From assembly GCA_012295275.1 (NCBI GenBank), contig CM022671.1, positions 5,704,001 through 5,768,000 of the forward strand: DNA of 64,000 bases, given 5' to 3'. Each line of letters opens with the position of its first letter. Positions within the stretch are counted from its first letter, which is position 1. The stretch comes from Chrysomallon squamiferum (lineage: Eukaryota; Animalia; Mollusca). This document shows positions 1-45,154 of the stretch, piece by piece. The notes beneath the pieces are model-generated. The model saw nothing but the letters and a program-made list of their open reading frames with translations. It made no database searches and was not told where the DNA came from. The translations under genes and the position numbers were made by a program.

Positions 1-120
1 GTTTTAGAACCATAATCTTGATGCATCAAATATTAGTAATTCAAACATGTTGTTTTTGGAACCATCATCTTGATGAATGAAGTATTGGTGAGTCAAAAGC
101 GTTGTTTTTGGAACCACAGT
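1..120. repeat. Degenerate tandem repeat (~52-60 bp unit containing gtttttggaaccatcatcttgatg), truncated by window start
   Basis: The motif ttt(t/a)g(g/a)aacca recurs at ~3, ~55 and ~107 with similar intervening sequence. Confidence 0.45.
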
Positions 121-343
121 TCTGTTAAAAAGGGTTATTCAGAGGCTTTGCTTTTAACATCAGTTCCCGATGTACTGATATAATCATACACAGTTTGTAA
201 ATGTTGAGACGTGTTTTATTCAGCATAAAACTTATTTCATTTTAAAGCTTTCAATTGTTTTTGTATTTCGCTTGTCCTTTATACTTCTTCTTTTCTTTTT
301 TTTTTAACATATATATATATTTTTTTTTTTAAATTATTTTTAT

Positions 344-2538
344 TTATTTATTTTCTCTTTTCTTTTTCTTCGAATCCTTCAATTTTGTATTGATGCATGA
401 CGAATAACTGCTAATTTTGTTACCATGACACGAGCAATAGACGTATTCATAGTATTCGTAAAAACTGCTGGTGATCAGAGGCAGGGGCATCCCTATGATG
501 ACGATACCGCTTAAGGCACACAGAGAGGCAATGATACGTCCCAGCGTCGTGGATGGGATGAAATCGCCGTAGCCCACGGTGGACATCGTAATCAGAGCCA
601 TCCACATCCCAGAGTAGGTGGTGCCCAGCGTGGTCTCAGCCATCATTTCCGTGCAGTAGAACATCCCGCCGTAGAAGATCGTTGCTATAGCAACGAACGT
701 GACCAGCATCCGTATCTCATTGCGGCTCGTCCGCACCGATATTCTCAGCAGCTTGAAGATCTCGTAGCTGTTTTCCATGAGGCGGAGACGCGAGAACCGC
801 GTCAGACTGAGCAACTGGAGGAACTGGTAGGCGGGCACGCGTCCGGGGACCGTCCAGTACGTCGGATCGGCGTAGAAGATCAGCAGAAGAGTCCAGTTTG
901 ACAGCAGGTACACCATTTCTACCACGAACTCGAACGAGCGGCAGAAGTCGAGCAGAACCGGAGCGCACACGGTTCTTGTTACCAGCACGACGGTGAAGAA
1001 GACGGTGCAGAACATCTCCAGAGCGTTGAGCGCCGGGTGTGGGTTGGTGCTGACAAGCATGTCGGTAAGGGTCTCGTATTTTTTTAGTGAGGTCGAGTTC
1101 GAGTGGACAGGATAACGAAACCGCGCATTTGTTGAAAAGAAAAGGAGGCTTATAGAAAGAACGATCATGAACTTGTATACCCAGGACCACCACTGAAAAA
1201 ACAACAACAACAATAACAACAACAACAACAACAATAATAATAATAATAATAATATAATAATAGCAATAACAATAATATCAATAACATAAAACAATAATAA
1301 TATTAATAACCATAATAATATAATTAATAGAAATAATAAGAAAAATAACAATAATAGTAGTAATAATGACAACAACAACAACAACAACAACAATAATAAT
1401 AGTATTATTATTATTTTTTTATTATTATTAGTAGTAGTAGTAGTAGTAGTAGTAGCAATTCTAATAATAATAGTATTGAATGTAATAGCAAAAGAAAGAA
1501 CACTAATGTTAGTAATAATGAAAAATAAAGTAACAATCATTTCAGTATATTAACTAGTTAGTAAATACATTTGATGTAGATAGTGGCTCACTGATTACGG
1601 CATAATACACAGCAGGATCACTCCTCCCTTTCGGCTATTTCTTGTACCTTTCAGTGATTAAAAAACGTGTTTTGTGTTTTTCCATCATAAGATGTTTAAA
1701 AATGATTTTTTTTTTTTTTTTTTTTTTTTGCTTCTCTGAATGAGTAGCCGGTGGAAATGCATTAACGGAATTCATATCTAATATCATTAGACAAGAAAAC
1801 GTATCACTGACTAAATAATAACTGCTTATATCAAAGCAAGTTCAGATGTTCACTCAAACCCGCTGTTACTAATCAGTGGGCTAACAACGAAGAACAGAAC
1901 GCGGGAACGAAACTGAGCAACACATCAGGTAATAATTGAATACTCACCTTAGCTTTTCTGGAAAATTCGGGGTCTTCGAGGAATTCCCAGAGAATCTCTT
2001 TGCACGAATGATAATACGTTTTACTCAGGTTGTAATTAAACGACATCGTAGAGACGTTCTGCTGCATGACGTCATCCTGGTAAATGTCTTCAAACGCTTC
2101 CATGTAACAGTCATGACAACATGGCGCCACTAGGCTGTGCTTGATATTCCAGAATTCCATTTCCCTTTTGAAGAGGTTGATGCACACCTCCCTGGGCACG
2201 TGCACATGTTTCCTCTCATAGGCATCCAGAATGTAAGAAAACATCTTGGGATCTCGCTGAAAACTGAGCTTGCAGCCCGATGTTTTTCCAGCAATAATGC
2301 AGAATTCTAGGTACTTCATTGTTAGCAAAGAGCACGGGAATGTCAGCAAAGAACATGCGTACGTCTTGAAAATTGTATCCCCAACAGTTATCGTTATGGT
2401 TTCGGTTGGTTTTATTGCGGGGAAATCTTCCGGTTCGATTTCATCCTTCTCTTCTGGTTCAGATAATTTAATTTTTCGCAAAATGTCCATCTGCATAAGC
2501 AGAGAAGACCGGCGAAGTGTCTGGTGTCGGACAAACAT
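344..2538 (-). CDS. Divergent voltage-gated K+ channel alpha subunit, Shaw/Kv3-like (T1/BTB + 6TM), 2 coding exons, ~479 aa
   Basis: Exon 1 is 2538-1948 (donor AAG|GTGAGT, phase 0) and encodes a T1 domain with FQRDPKMFSYIL and an exact HX5CX20CC Zn motif (HVPREVC...APCC), typical of non-Shaker Kv. Exon 2 is 1192-344 (acceptor TTTCAG|TGG) and encodes S1-S6 with pore TMSTVGYGD and S6 GMPLPLI. The poly-L/T N-terminus of ORF 344..1540 is intronic microsatellite. Confidence 0.9.
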
Positions 2539-2604
2539 TTTCGTTTCGTTTGGTGTGAACCGATGTAAATACGTCCAGATAAAATACAGGCTTCAGGCTG
2601 TTGT

Positions 2605-2642
<38 letters not shown>

Positions 2643-4117
2643 TGATAGATAGTAGTAATAATAATAATAATAATAGTAGTAGTAGTAGTAGTAGTAGTAA
2701 CAGTAAATGAATAGTAGCAGCAATGATGATGATGATGATGGTAATGATGATGATAATGATGTTTTGATAAACTACTTGAATGCTAATTAATTAATACCGA
2801 TGGTTGTATAGAGACACACGATCGAATTTTCTGTTCCAAAGACTTTCCGAACTGTCCGTTTTTCCAGACCAAAAAGCAGCCTGCATAATAATAATAATTC
2901 AACAACATAACGGCGCAACTAAACATGTATCTCCAATGTTTCTAAGGCACCTTGCACTGCTAGAAAGTTAAACAAATGTTAACCGTAAATTAAACGACTA
3001 AATGGAAGACACCAGCATGGCCTGAATCAATAAAAATAAGATTATTAATGAATAAGCATTATATATAAACTAAATAAATTTCAAAAGTCCGTCCTAATTT
3101 TATCCTCTCTGTTAGAGGTTCCGGACAGTCACGTACCTGTATTTAGTGTATACCTGACTTCGGATTAATTTTGGGGTAAAAATAGCTCAGGTTGATATAT
3201 ACTCGCGACTAAAATAATTCAACACTCTGTGACCTGTATTTATATCTATATATAAAATACATACTTTATACACTCCATTTTATCCGTATACTCATGTAAA
3301 TGGTATCTAGCCAGCAATGGATTCTTTTTGGAGACTATTGTAAAAAAAATTAAAAGATAGTTGATATCTTCTACGAATGTTTTGAAACAAAATTAAAATT
3401 CCAGAATCATATTCTTGCAATTCCAAAAACTGAGGAATACCAAATGGTTCACATACAAAAACCTTAACAGGAATGTAATAATGTTGTGTTTTGTGATACC
3501 TTCAGCCAAAACAAATGTGACTGTTCGCCAAAGTTTTACACCACCATCTAATGAACAGCATTACCTTAGGACATACGTAATTTTATTATTTAATAATTTT
3601 TTTTTTTTTAGATATTTCTTTTAATAAACAAAGAAGATTATATCATATCTATTGATATATGAATAATGAAATATCTACCAATATTTTCCGATAAAGCGTT
3701 CAAGTAAAACCCTATTTCCCCAGTGGAATTCTGCTGGTCCGGATGTGTTACGACAATGCCATGACGTAATATTTATAAATACCGGAAATGACATCATAGA
3801 GCGAATGTTCATATTTCACTTATATAAATGCATTTTATTAGGGTTTTTTTTTTCTTATTTTAAGCTAGTTTCTGTGATTTATAATTTTTACTTTTATTAT
3901 ATTTTATTTATTTATTTTTGTTAATTTTTATAAAAAAATAAAGGTACACTTAAAAAACTATAGGAATGCATAACTTGCACGGCAAACATAATCAGTAGTA
4001 ATGATGGTTCACTTATCTTCTACGAAACTGTTTTTTGGTTTTCCAGTTAATATATTTGACATCTGATTTTTTATCAACAATTTTTTAACAATTTATTTAT
4101 TTTGTTATTTATTTATT

Positions 4118-4203
<86 letters not shown>

Positions 4204-4429
4204 GGAAGGATGTCAGAAATATCCTATATCCAACTTTAATGTATCTTATTGTAAAGGGCTCTGCATAATTCGAAGAGGGATGTGAACAGAAGAGAAACCA
4301 AAAGAAACCCGTAGTTCTCTCTTTATTACTGACGTCATGAAAAAATAATAAGCAGTGATGACCAGTATTTAGGATAACTGACAGGGAGTTCTATGTCTAT
4401 ATATATATATATATATATATACACACTCT

Positions 4430-4485
<56 letters not shown>

Positions 4486-5189
4486 TTTGCATATTATTAT
4501 TATTATTTTTTGCATTTGTTTTTGTTTGTAATTAGAATGGGACTTAACTGAAAAAAATAAAATAAAAATGTATATATTTTTCCGATTATTTTATTTGCCG
4601 ATATATGTTTTAACATGAAATCTGTTTTGTTTTAATATTTTTATTTTTATAATAAATTGAATGTGTGGAATGTATAAAATGTACCTAAAAAGATCTGATT
4701 AATGAACTCACAAAACGAAAACACGTTAACATTCAATGGACGTTAAAATCATGCAGGAGTTTATTAATTTGTAACACTGACTGATATCTTTGGTGCTTTG
4801 TTTCAGAAAGTTAGTCATCCGACATCAGAATTCCCAAACTCGAACCATTTCAAGGAAATTCCGAGGTAAATATATTTGCAGCTCTGATTGGTTAAATCTT
4901 TTATTTATGTCAATTGCTAACAAACAAAACAACAATAATAACAACGATTATTATAAATAAATAAATAAATTAATAATAATAATAATAATAATAATAATTA
5001 AATTAAATTAAAAAAAAAAAACGAAAAAAAAAAAACAACAAACAAACAAACAAACAAAAAAAAAAAAAAAGGAAAAAAAAGAAGAAGAAAGAAACCAAAA
5101 CTAGTTATTTATAAAATCGTATAGTTTCATGTTATTCTACTGGTGTTACAAATAAATCAGAGGGTCTAAATAATATGCAGACTAATAAA

Positions 5190-36211
<31,022 letters not shown>

Positions 36212-36971
36212 TGTACTCGTAAACACTAATCACCTACAGCAAATAAATATTTTACTAAACTATCTCAGAACATATACAATAAAATATACGAAAACTCTTT
36301 TAATAATAAAAAAAAAGGCCGCTCCATACACAGTAAGGAAAGAAAAGACATTTAATTCTGTAGTAAAATTAATCAGCTTATTAATCCGTTCGTGACATTA
36401 ACAAATTTTTGCGTTAATGATATTTACCCGTACATCAGTAAGTTACCAATTTATCAGTTGATCAGTAAAGATTACGAATTTATCAGTCAGTGTTATTTTC
36501 CACTTTATCATATCCCGTCAGTAAAACTTAACAGTTTATTTTGTCAGTAATATTTTGGAAATTATTACAGTGTCAGTAAAATTTACCAGTTTGTGAGTGA
36601 TAGTTACCAGTTTATCACAGTCCATCAGGAAAATTTACAAGTTTATCAATTAGTAATAATTATAAATTTATCAGCTTATCAAGTCCATCAGGAAAATTTA
36701 CAAGTTTATCAATCAGTAATAATTATAAACCTATCAGTCAATAACATTTACCAAAATCTGAGTGAATCTGTAGTTTGCAACCCTATTTTACTAATTTTTC
36801 AATAACCTGGTACACAGAAGCCTCGAAAATTAATGTTTATATACGCTACAGGCCGGTGAATCGTTTTCATTAACACACACTAAGTTTTTGTAAGAAATTT
36901 ACACCAATAAAAAACACGATTTTCTTAAAAATATAACACGCAAAAAAAGAGGTAATAAATAAATAAACACA

Positions 36972-37022
<51 letters not shown>

Positions 37023-37442
37023 ATTAATTAATTAATTAATAATTTTATACGTACCATAACACAAATCTCATCTTCATTGTGCCGAGTTTTAAAATGAAAT
37101 ATTCAGGAATGTTCGTCGTAGTTGTAAGTCGACGGCATCACACTTACACATTAATCATAAACAAATTCCAGTTTTTATTATTTAAATTTTGATTTTCTTT
37201 ATCGGAAATTCTGAAGGTCAGAGAAACATGGTGGAATTTTTTTCTTCAGACTCAATGATTTCCTGAGGGGCGGTTCCAGTATTTTTAAGGGGGAATACAT
37301 CATTACTGACGTAAATAAATAAATAAAAAAGAAAAATAATTAATTATAAAAAAAAAAAAAATAAATATTCAGCTAAAAACAGAGAACACAGAGGTTATTT
37401 GTTTGCAAATATTGGCAAATATTCGCTGGTTTTATTTTATTT

Positions 37443-37553
<111 letters not shown>

Positions 37554-38605
37554 TGGTGTGCGTATATATACATATATTGGCTGACGGCACGAAACACAAT
37601 CGATAACAGAATCGTGAGAACCAATTTAAATTTATTCTCTTTTCCCATGTTTGTCTTTTCAAACAAATTAAACTATAACTCAGTGAACTGCATGAGAAAC
37701 GTATCTAAAATACTTCTGAGACAGATCTGTATCACGTTGTGTTTGTGGCGCCCAAGTGTACTGTTACTTAGATTACGATAAAACGGCTGGAGTAGGTTTT
37801 TATCGGGTGTGAAAGAAAGTGTATTCAGCATTTAGACAAAAAGCGTTTAACAGATTTTGTTACGTGATGAAAGTAATTTAAGAAAACGACATGTTCGCTT
37901 TGAAACTTGATATTTATTAATTGATTTTGTTAAATTGGTTTAACTGCAAACTTATTTATATATCATCCAAAGGTTTGTGTGTGTGTATGTGTATTTATTT
38001 TTGTGTATGTTTGTGTGTTTATGTATATGTCTGATGTGCGATGTATTTGTGCATATGTGTGTCTGAATGTGTCTGTGTATAAGCACGGGGGTACTCTTAT
38101 ATGTATGTTAATTTTTTTGCATATAATTATACTAATTAAAACTTTTACACTATTTATATAATCTGTCATTTGAAATTTTAGTTACAAAATATGTTCTGTA
38201 TATTAACCATCACAACGATATAAAATAAAACAAGCTTCAACAACTGCACAACAGATTTTAATTTTAAAAAATATAAAGTCAATATAGTAAATAAAGTAAA
38301 AACGGTATTAAATATATACACTTTATGTCACTAGATGTCTATAAATAATTAATATAACTGCTTTAATTACTTAACTAGTCACTGAGAAAGATAACATAAC
38401 TATACTTATAATATAATTTACTGTTACACGTGCATATACATACAAATCCGCACGGTGGCAGACACACACACACACACACACACACACACGCGAACAAAAA
38501 AAAGTACAGTGATCTCTACTAAAACTAATTGACAAATAACAAATAATAAATGTTTGTCGTCTTATTTTTACATATGTGAAGGTGTTTATCTATACCTACA
38601 TAAAA

Positions 38606-38651
<46 letters not shown>

Positions 38652-38769
38652 TGAAAATAACTGGTTACTGTTAATATATCAGCATTATCCTGTCTGATTA
38701 GACAGTGCACATTCGAGAATGCACTGAAATGAATTTTTTGTGTAGATGTATTTATTTTTTTGTTTATTC

Positions 38770-38888
38770 TCAGTTTCTTGTTGTTGATTCTGATGTTGGT
38801 TTCTCTGGTATTAAGGGTCCACTCAGATCTATGATTGACAGTTCATCTGGAAAAAAATATATATATACTTACATACAGACTGACAAAG

Positions 38889-38953
<65 letters not shown>

Positions 38954-40659
38954 GTTAAATTAGAAAATATTAATCATTGTATTTGTTTTCATAATAATGT
39001 TATAATGTTTCAAATAGTTAAACGAATAATATCTATACTGATTTAAAACCAAACGTGTTTCTATTTATTTTTAATTTACATTTTAAGTTGAAATTTATTG
39101 ATATTAATATTTATTAATATATATGAAACTTCAGTTAAATGTCTGCCTGTCTTTCAGTCTGTTACTTACTTCTGGGTACGTCTGTTCTTTCTTTAGAATG
39201 GTCTGGTTCTGGTGTTGTTGTTTCATGTAGTGTCCGGACCTGAGTGATTTTATCGTCTGCAACTGTAACTAATAAAATAAAAATAATTAATATTTTATCT
39301 TTTTTCTCTCCCGGTTTTCTGTTTGGCGTAATACACATTTATTTCTACATACCCTCGGGTCGAATATTTGTATACTGGTAATTCCGCAGCAATAGCAATT
39401 GCCTGCCCCCCTCTAGTAAACATATTGGACCGTGTTCTTACCTTCTTCTTCTGGTTGTGATGTCGGCTGCGGAGATATGTGAGATCGTGTCCCGCTGGTT
39501 ACCAGAAAGATAAAAAAATAATAATAATAAAAAAAATTAATAAAATTTAGATATCGTGATATCATTTTTTTATTTTTTTTTTTATTTATTTGAAATAAAG
39601 TAATATAGAAATATTATTTTGGTTGTTTTTGGTTTGAATTTACCGTTAAGATAAAACAAAATGAAATAAAAATAAACACACACACACACACACACAGACA
39701 GACAGACAGACAGACACACACATAGGCACACACACAGACAGACAAACACAAACACAGATAAAGAATGGGAAACAAAAAAAATGAAATAGATATAAAATAT
39801 TTTTAAGAATTAAAAATAAAATAGGAAATAAGAAAATAAATAAATATATATATATGTACAATTATTATTTTCATTTCCCAGTAATTACAATCAAGTATTT
39901 TCTCGAACTTTGTTAAATAAATACTGATAAGAAATTCAAGTCTTTGTACCCATTCATTCATTCATCCATCCATCCATTCATTCATTCATTCATTCATTCA
40001 TTCATTTATTCACTCACTCATTTCAAAGAGTGAAACTCACAAGGCTATTTTCTTAGCAATGTGGACAGCTACGACAAACAGCAGAATGAAGGCGAAAATT
40101 CCGCTTAGTGCTTTGAACACCTTGTTGTCGTCTGAAACAAATTAAAAATCACAGACTTAAATTCACAAAACAGTCGAAGCCTAGATTAGTCTGAAGTCTA
40201 ATTTACACTGTGAACATAGATTTATTAGAACTAGATGTAAAGGTATTCAGGAATAACTGCCTGTTGTACATTAGCTTATGTATCTCGGAGGGAAAATATT
40301 TATTATTTTATTATTGATTGTACTGTTACTGCAAAAGGCATTTCAACATTACATCAGTGTTTAAATATGTCGTTATAAGTTTTTAATATTTATAATTGTA
40401 CAGGGTACCATTCGTTATTCGAAGAAATAGTCCTAATATATATACTGCATTCTTAAAACTTAACTCTTATTTGTTTATTTTATCTCAATTAATAACAATA
40501 AAATGTAGTTTTATAATGTCTGGGTGCTGCCATGTTTGTTTTTTTTGTTTTGTTTTTTAGTCGTGATTTACTCTAAAGTTTCTTTTAATCATGACAATAA
40601 AAAATATATATGTATATAAAAAAATAATAAAATAAAATAATAATAATAAATAATAATTA

Positions 40660-40708
<49 letters not shown>

Positions 40709-41048
40709 TAGCTTCAATTCCGCCGCGGCAAGCGATGACGTCACTATTATATTTATGAAGAGACAAAATGGCGGCATTAAATGTTTTGTAAATTATTATT
40801 TATATAAATAAATGGAAAAAAAAAAAAATCATCTTTATCTGACGAGTCATTAAAACCATGATTGGGGTACATTATACAATTACTTTTAATATAAAAATAT
40901 ATTAAATTTTTATTATAATATATAAATAGTCTTCTTCTTCTTCTTCTTCTGATTATTATTACATTTATTATTATTTTTATTATTCACATCATCATCATCA
41001 TTATTATTATTATTATTATTATTATTTTTATTATTCACATTATCATCA

Positions 41049-41098
<50 letters not shown>

Positions 41099-44000
41099 TT
41101 TCAACAAACCTGAGACAAGCTGAGGCAATGACAGGTATTTTGTGCAGGTAAAATGAACTAATACATAAGCGTGATCTTTTCTTTCTGGAAATTCTTCATC
41201 CACTACGATTACTTCCAGAAGGTCATACGGCGGTTTCATAGTTACATCCTGCAACAACTGCGACGTCAACCACCTCGACATACCTGTGTTGTTGACCAGA
41301 CTACTGTGTCTTTGATCAGAGTCGTCTTCTTCTTTAAAATATCCTTTTTCTGGATCTTTCCGCCATAGAAGATTTCCTAAAACAAGATTATTTAAACTGA
41401 TATATAAATACTCTCACGTAATTCTTTGTAATCGAACATATTTATACATATGCATATTCTTAAACATATAGACAAACATATACCTATACATACAAACATA
41501 CGTACATACATACATATATACATATATACATACATACAAACATACATATATACATATATACATACATACAAACATACATACAAACATACGTATATACATA
41601 CATACATACAAACATACGTATATACATACATACATACAAACATACGTATATACATACATATATACAAACATGCATTCATACATACTTACATACATACATA
41701 CATACAAACATACATACATACATACGGACAGACAGACACAGTAACAGACATACAGACAGACAGACACACAAACATACATACAGACAGATACACAAGCAGA
41801 CAGAGACACTAATAGACAGACAGAAAGACACACAGACAGACATATCGACACGCAGACACACATACATACAGACACAATAACAGACACACAGACATACGTA
41901 CAGACAGACAGACAGTTTTACCAGTATTTTCATCTATAAGTAACTGTCGACTGGGACTCATGAAAAACCTCAAACTGCTGTTGCGGTCTGGATCTCTCGC
42001 AGTGAGCCGAACTACAACCTGTGACGTCGTCGTCGGACACCGGACGTCGACGTAGTAGAGAGTGTCTGTGAAGCGGGGTGAGTTGTCGTTGACGTCACGT
42101 ACAATCAGTCTGAAAGAAGTCACGGTTCTCCTTCGAGTAGGAGCGACTCCTTCAGCTTCCACGACGAACGTGTAGACGTCACTTCCTCCGGTGTCAGGAT
42201 CGCTGTCCAAGACGTCGTTAACGGTGATGACGCCGGTGTTGGGGTGGATGTGGAAAGGTGAAGAAAGAACATTTCTGCTGTCAGCTGTGATTGTGAAATA
42301 ATACTGTTTTGATGTGATCGATGCTTTGAAAAGAGTAGAATGAGTTACAGATGTGTTTATTATTACTGTTATTAATACTATTACTGTTATTACTACTACT
42401 TCTACTACTACGATTACTACTACTACAACAACTATTATTATTAGTATTATTATTATTAACAGCAGTAGTAGAAAAACTAGTATTCACTAAGAATGAAACG
42501 TAAAGAAAATGTAGAGTGAAAGAAATTGAATTACTTCAAAGATAAAAAGACACTTAAAATTAAAAGCCAGTTTTAAAGTTTAGATTAATAGATATCTGTG
42601 AAGTTTAGACTAAACTATAAAAAATAAACTTTAATTAAAAGTTTAGATCAAAAGACAACGATGAAATTTAAATTATAAAATATAAACTTTAGATGAAAAG
42701 TTAAAAATAAACTTCGATTAGAAGATAATGATAAAATTCAAATAAACAGATAATGATAAACCTTGGATCAAAATTTAGATAAACAAATAATGATAAAGTT
42801 TAGATGTATAGATCATAAACATTATATAAATAATAATAATATTCTTTACATAAAAAAATAAGGTTTAGATTAAAATATAAAGTTTAGACAACCTGTTTTA
42901 ACTGACTGAATGGTGTAGACAACTGCTCCTGTGGCGTTTAGAGTAGCAACAACAGAGTGGGGCGGGGCGTTTTCCTTCAGGTAGATCTCAGGAATGGTTC
43001 CATTGGGATCAACTGACGGCCACACCCATTCAGGTAAATTTTTGTTGCGTACTATCTGAAATAATTAATTGTTAGTTTCCATTTGGAAAATTTTAATTAA
43101 ATTAACGAAAGGATAGGAAAGACAACAAGCTACCACACCTTGTGTCAACAAACTGGTTACCGTTTCCAAAATAAACTCGACTTGACGAGAAATCGGGGAA
43201 AAAGAAAAGGACATCGTAGAAATTTTAATCAAACTGGTGGCAAATGGATTTTCTATTAAATAAACAAATAGGAAATTTAAATTATTATAAACGCATAAAT
43301 TAAAATAAAATAAAGATAAAATAGAACAAAACAAATAATAATAACAATAAGCTGAATAACCGTCATAATAATAATAATACTAATAATACTAATACTAATA
43401 CTACTACTAATAATAATAACAATAATAATAATAACAATAACAGTGATATTAATAATAATAACAATAACAATAGTAATAACAACAATAATAATAACAATAG
43501 CAACAACAACAACAATAATAATAGTATAACAATGAGAACCACAAAGTAGTAGTAGTTGTTGTAATAGTAGTTGTAGTAGTAGTAGTAATGACAGTAATAA
43601 TAGCAATAAGAACAACATTATGAACAGCAACAACAACAAAAATAGTAAGAATAATAATGAGAGAGAGAGAGAGATCTTTTCTATAGCTGTATGCACTTTG
43701 ATTACTGCTATCGTCGTAAACGATGTATTAACTTCGTGAACGGCGTCATCAACGATCTTTAACGTGACAGTGTCATCAGCACCAGCAACGTCGTCAAATC
43801 TGAACAGTTTCCTCGCCATGGAAAGCTCAAAGAGATCGCCTCGTCTGTTGAGCCAAAAAACCTCATCAGACCCAGCCCCCATTAACGTGAATCTTCTAGA
43901 ACTTCCCCAGTCCTCATCTGTACAGTTCAATACCAGAAAGGGATTGGACACATCTGTAAGAAATTAGGCAAGTAAATAAATATAAACAAATAAATATAGA

Positions 44001-45102
44001 AAATACAAATATATGTTTATAAATTAATGAGTTTATAAATTCAATACATTCTTCCACTTTGACGAAAATTTATAGTCTACATGTAATAATAATAAAAAAA
44101 AACCTCTGTACATGGCTGTAACTAGACTCTTTTTGAAATGAGTCAAAAAGTGACGTCTTTGAACTCAGTTATGTCTTTCCTCGAAGACCTCAAACGATAA
44201 CCGTAGACATAAACGAATTTATTCACTGGTTGTCGTTTCTGACGGAATAGAGATTTATATTTTATGGGTTTTTTAAAATAAAATCTTTGTATATTTAAAA
44301 AAATAATAATAATAATAATAAAAACCACGTCAATTTCGGTATGCGGCATTTGCCTCATTTGCCTCAATGTAGTTACGGCCAGTTTATATACACATAATTC
44401 AAGCTGAAATTTTTTTTTAATTCAGTGGTTAGATTTGTCAATATCGATACTGAAATTATCTTTATTATAATTATTATTTTTATTTTTAAGTTTTAGTTTG
44501 AAACTCGCCTTCTGGTAAACTGACGTAGTAGGTTTTCTGATCGCATCGTGTAGGAAATTCGTCAACGTCCACCACGTCGATAGACAACACTTTCAGCGAC
44601 TGTCTTCCCGATGCGTCCTGAACGAGGAGGTTGAGGTTGTCGAGGACGTCGTTACCGGGTCGTTCTCTGTCCAGTCTGTGGTCAATACGCAGTTCTCCTG
44701 TCCTGGGGTGGATAGAAAAATAACGACTGTCTTCCCCTGCACAGTTAAAGAACACCAGGAGTGAAAAAAATTATAATAATAAAAACAAAATCAGTTAAAA
44801 AGAACAAAAATGTTGACTATAAATAAAGAAACAAAACCAAACAAATAAATTAATAAAACCCAAAAAAAAATTAATAAAAAAAAAAAAAAAAAAAAGCAAA
44901 AAAGAAGATTAAAAACGACAAAAATGTTCACTGTAAACAAAAACAAAATTAAAATAAATATATAAATAGCAGCAGTCAACTAACGAACCAAACAAACAAA
45001 AAAAAAAAAATAAAAATAAAAATAAGAAGAACCAAAGAATCAAATAAATAAATAAATATTAGAACAAAATCAAAAGATCAAACAAAGCAAATAAATATTA
45101 TA

Positions 45103-45154
<52 letters not shown>

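Noticed and set aside
717-1193. 158-aa alternative-frame ORF overlapping the Kv exon
   Set aside because: By-product of GC-rich codon usage; no recognisable motifs.
1193-1540. Poly-Leu/Ile/Thr N-terminal part of the 398-aa ORF, and the many similar low-complexity ORFs across the window
   Set aside because: They are translations of intronic (AAT)n, (AAC)n, (GTA)n, (TACA)n and (AG)n microsatellites lying outside the splice sites.
37055-37077. Upstream ATG (MKMRFVL) in a probable 5' exon of the giant cadherin
   Set aside because: Splicing to the acceptor at 36233 gives TGG TGA at once, so it is at most a short uORF; the exon itself is unverified.
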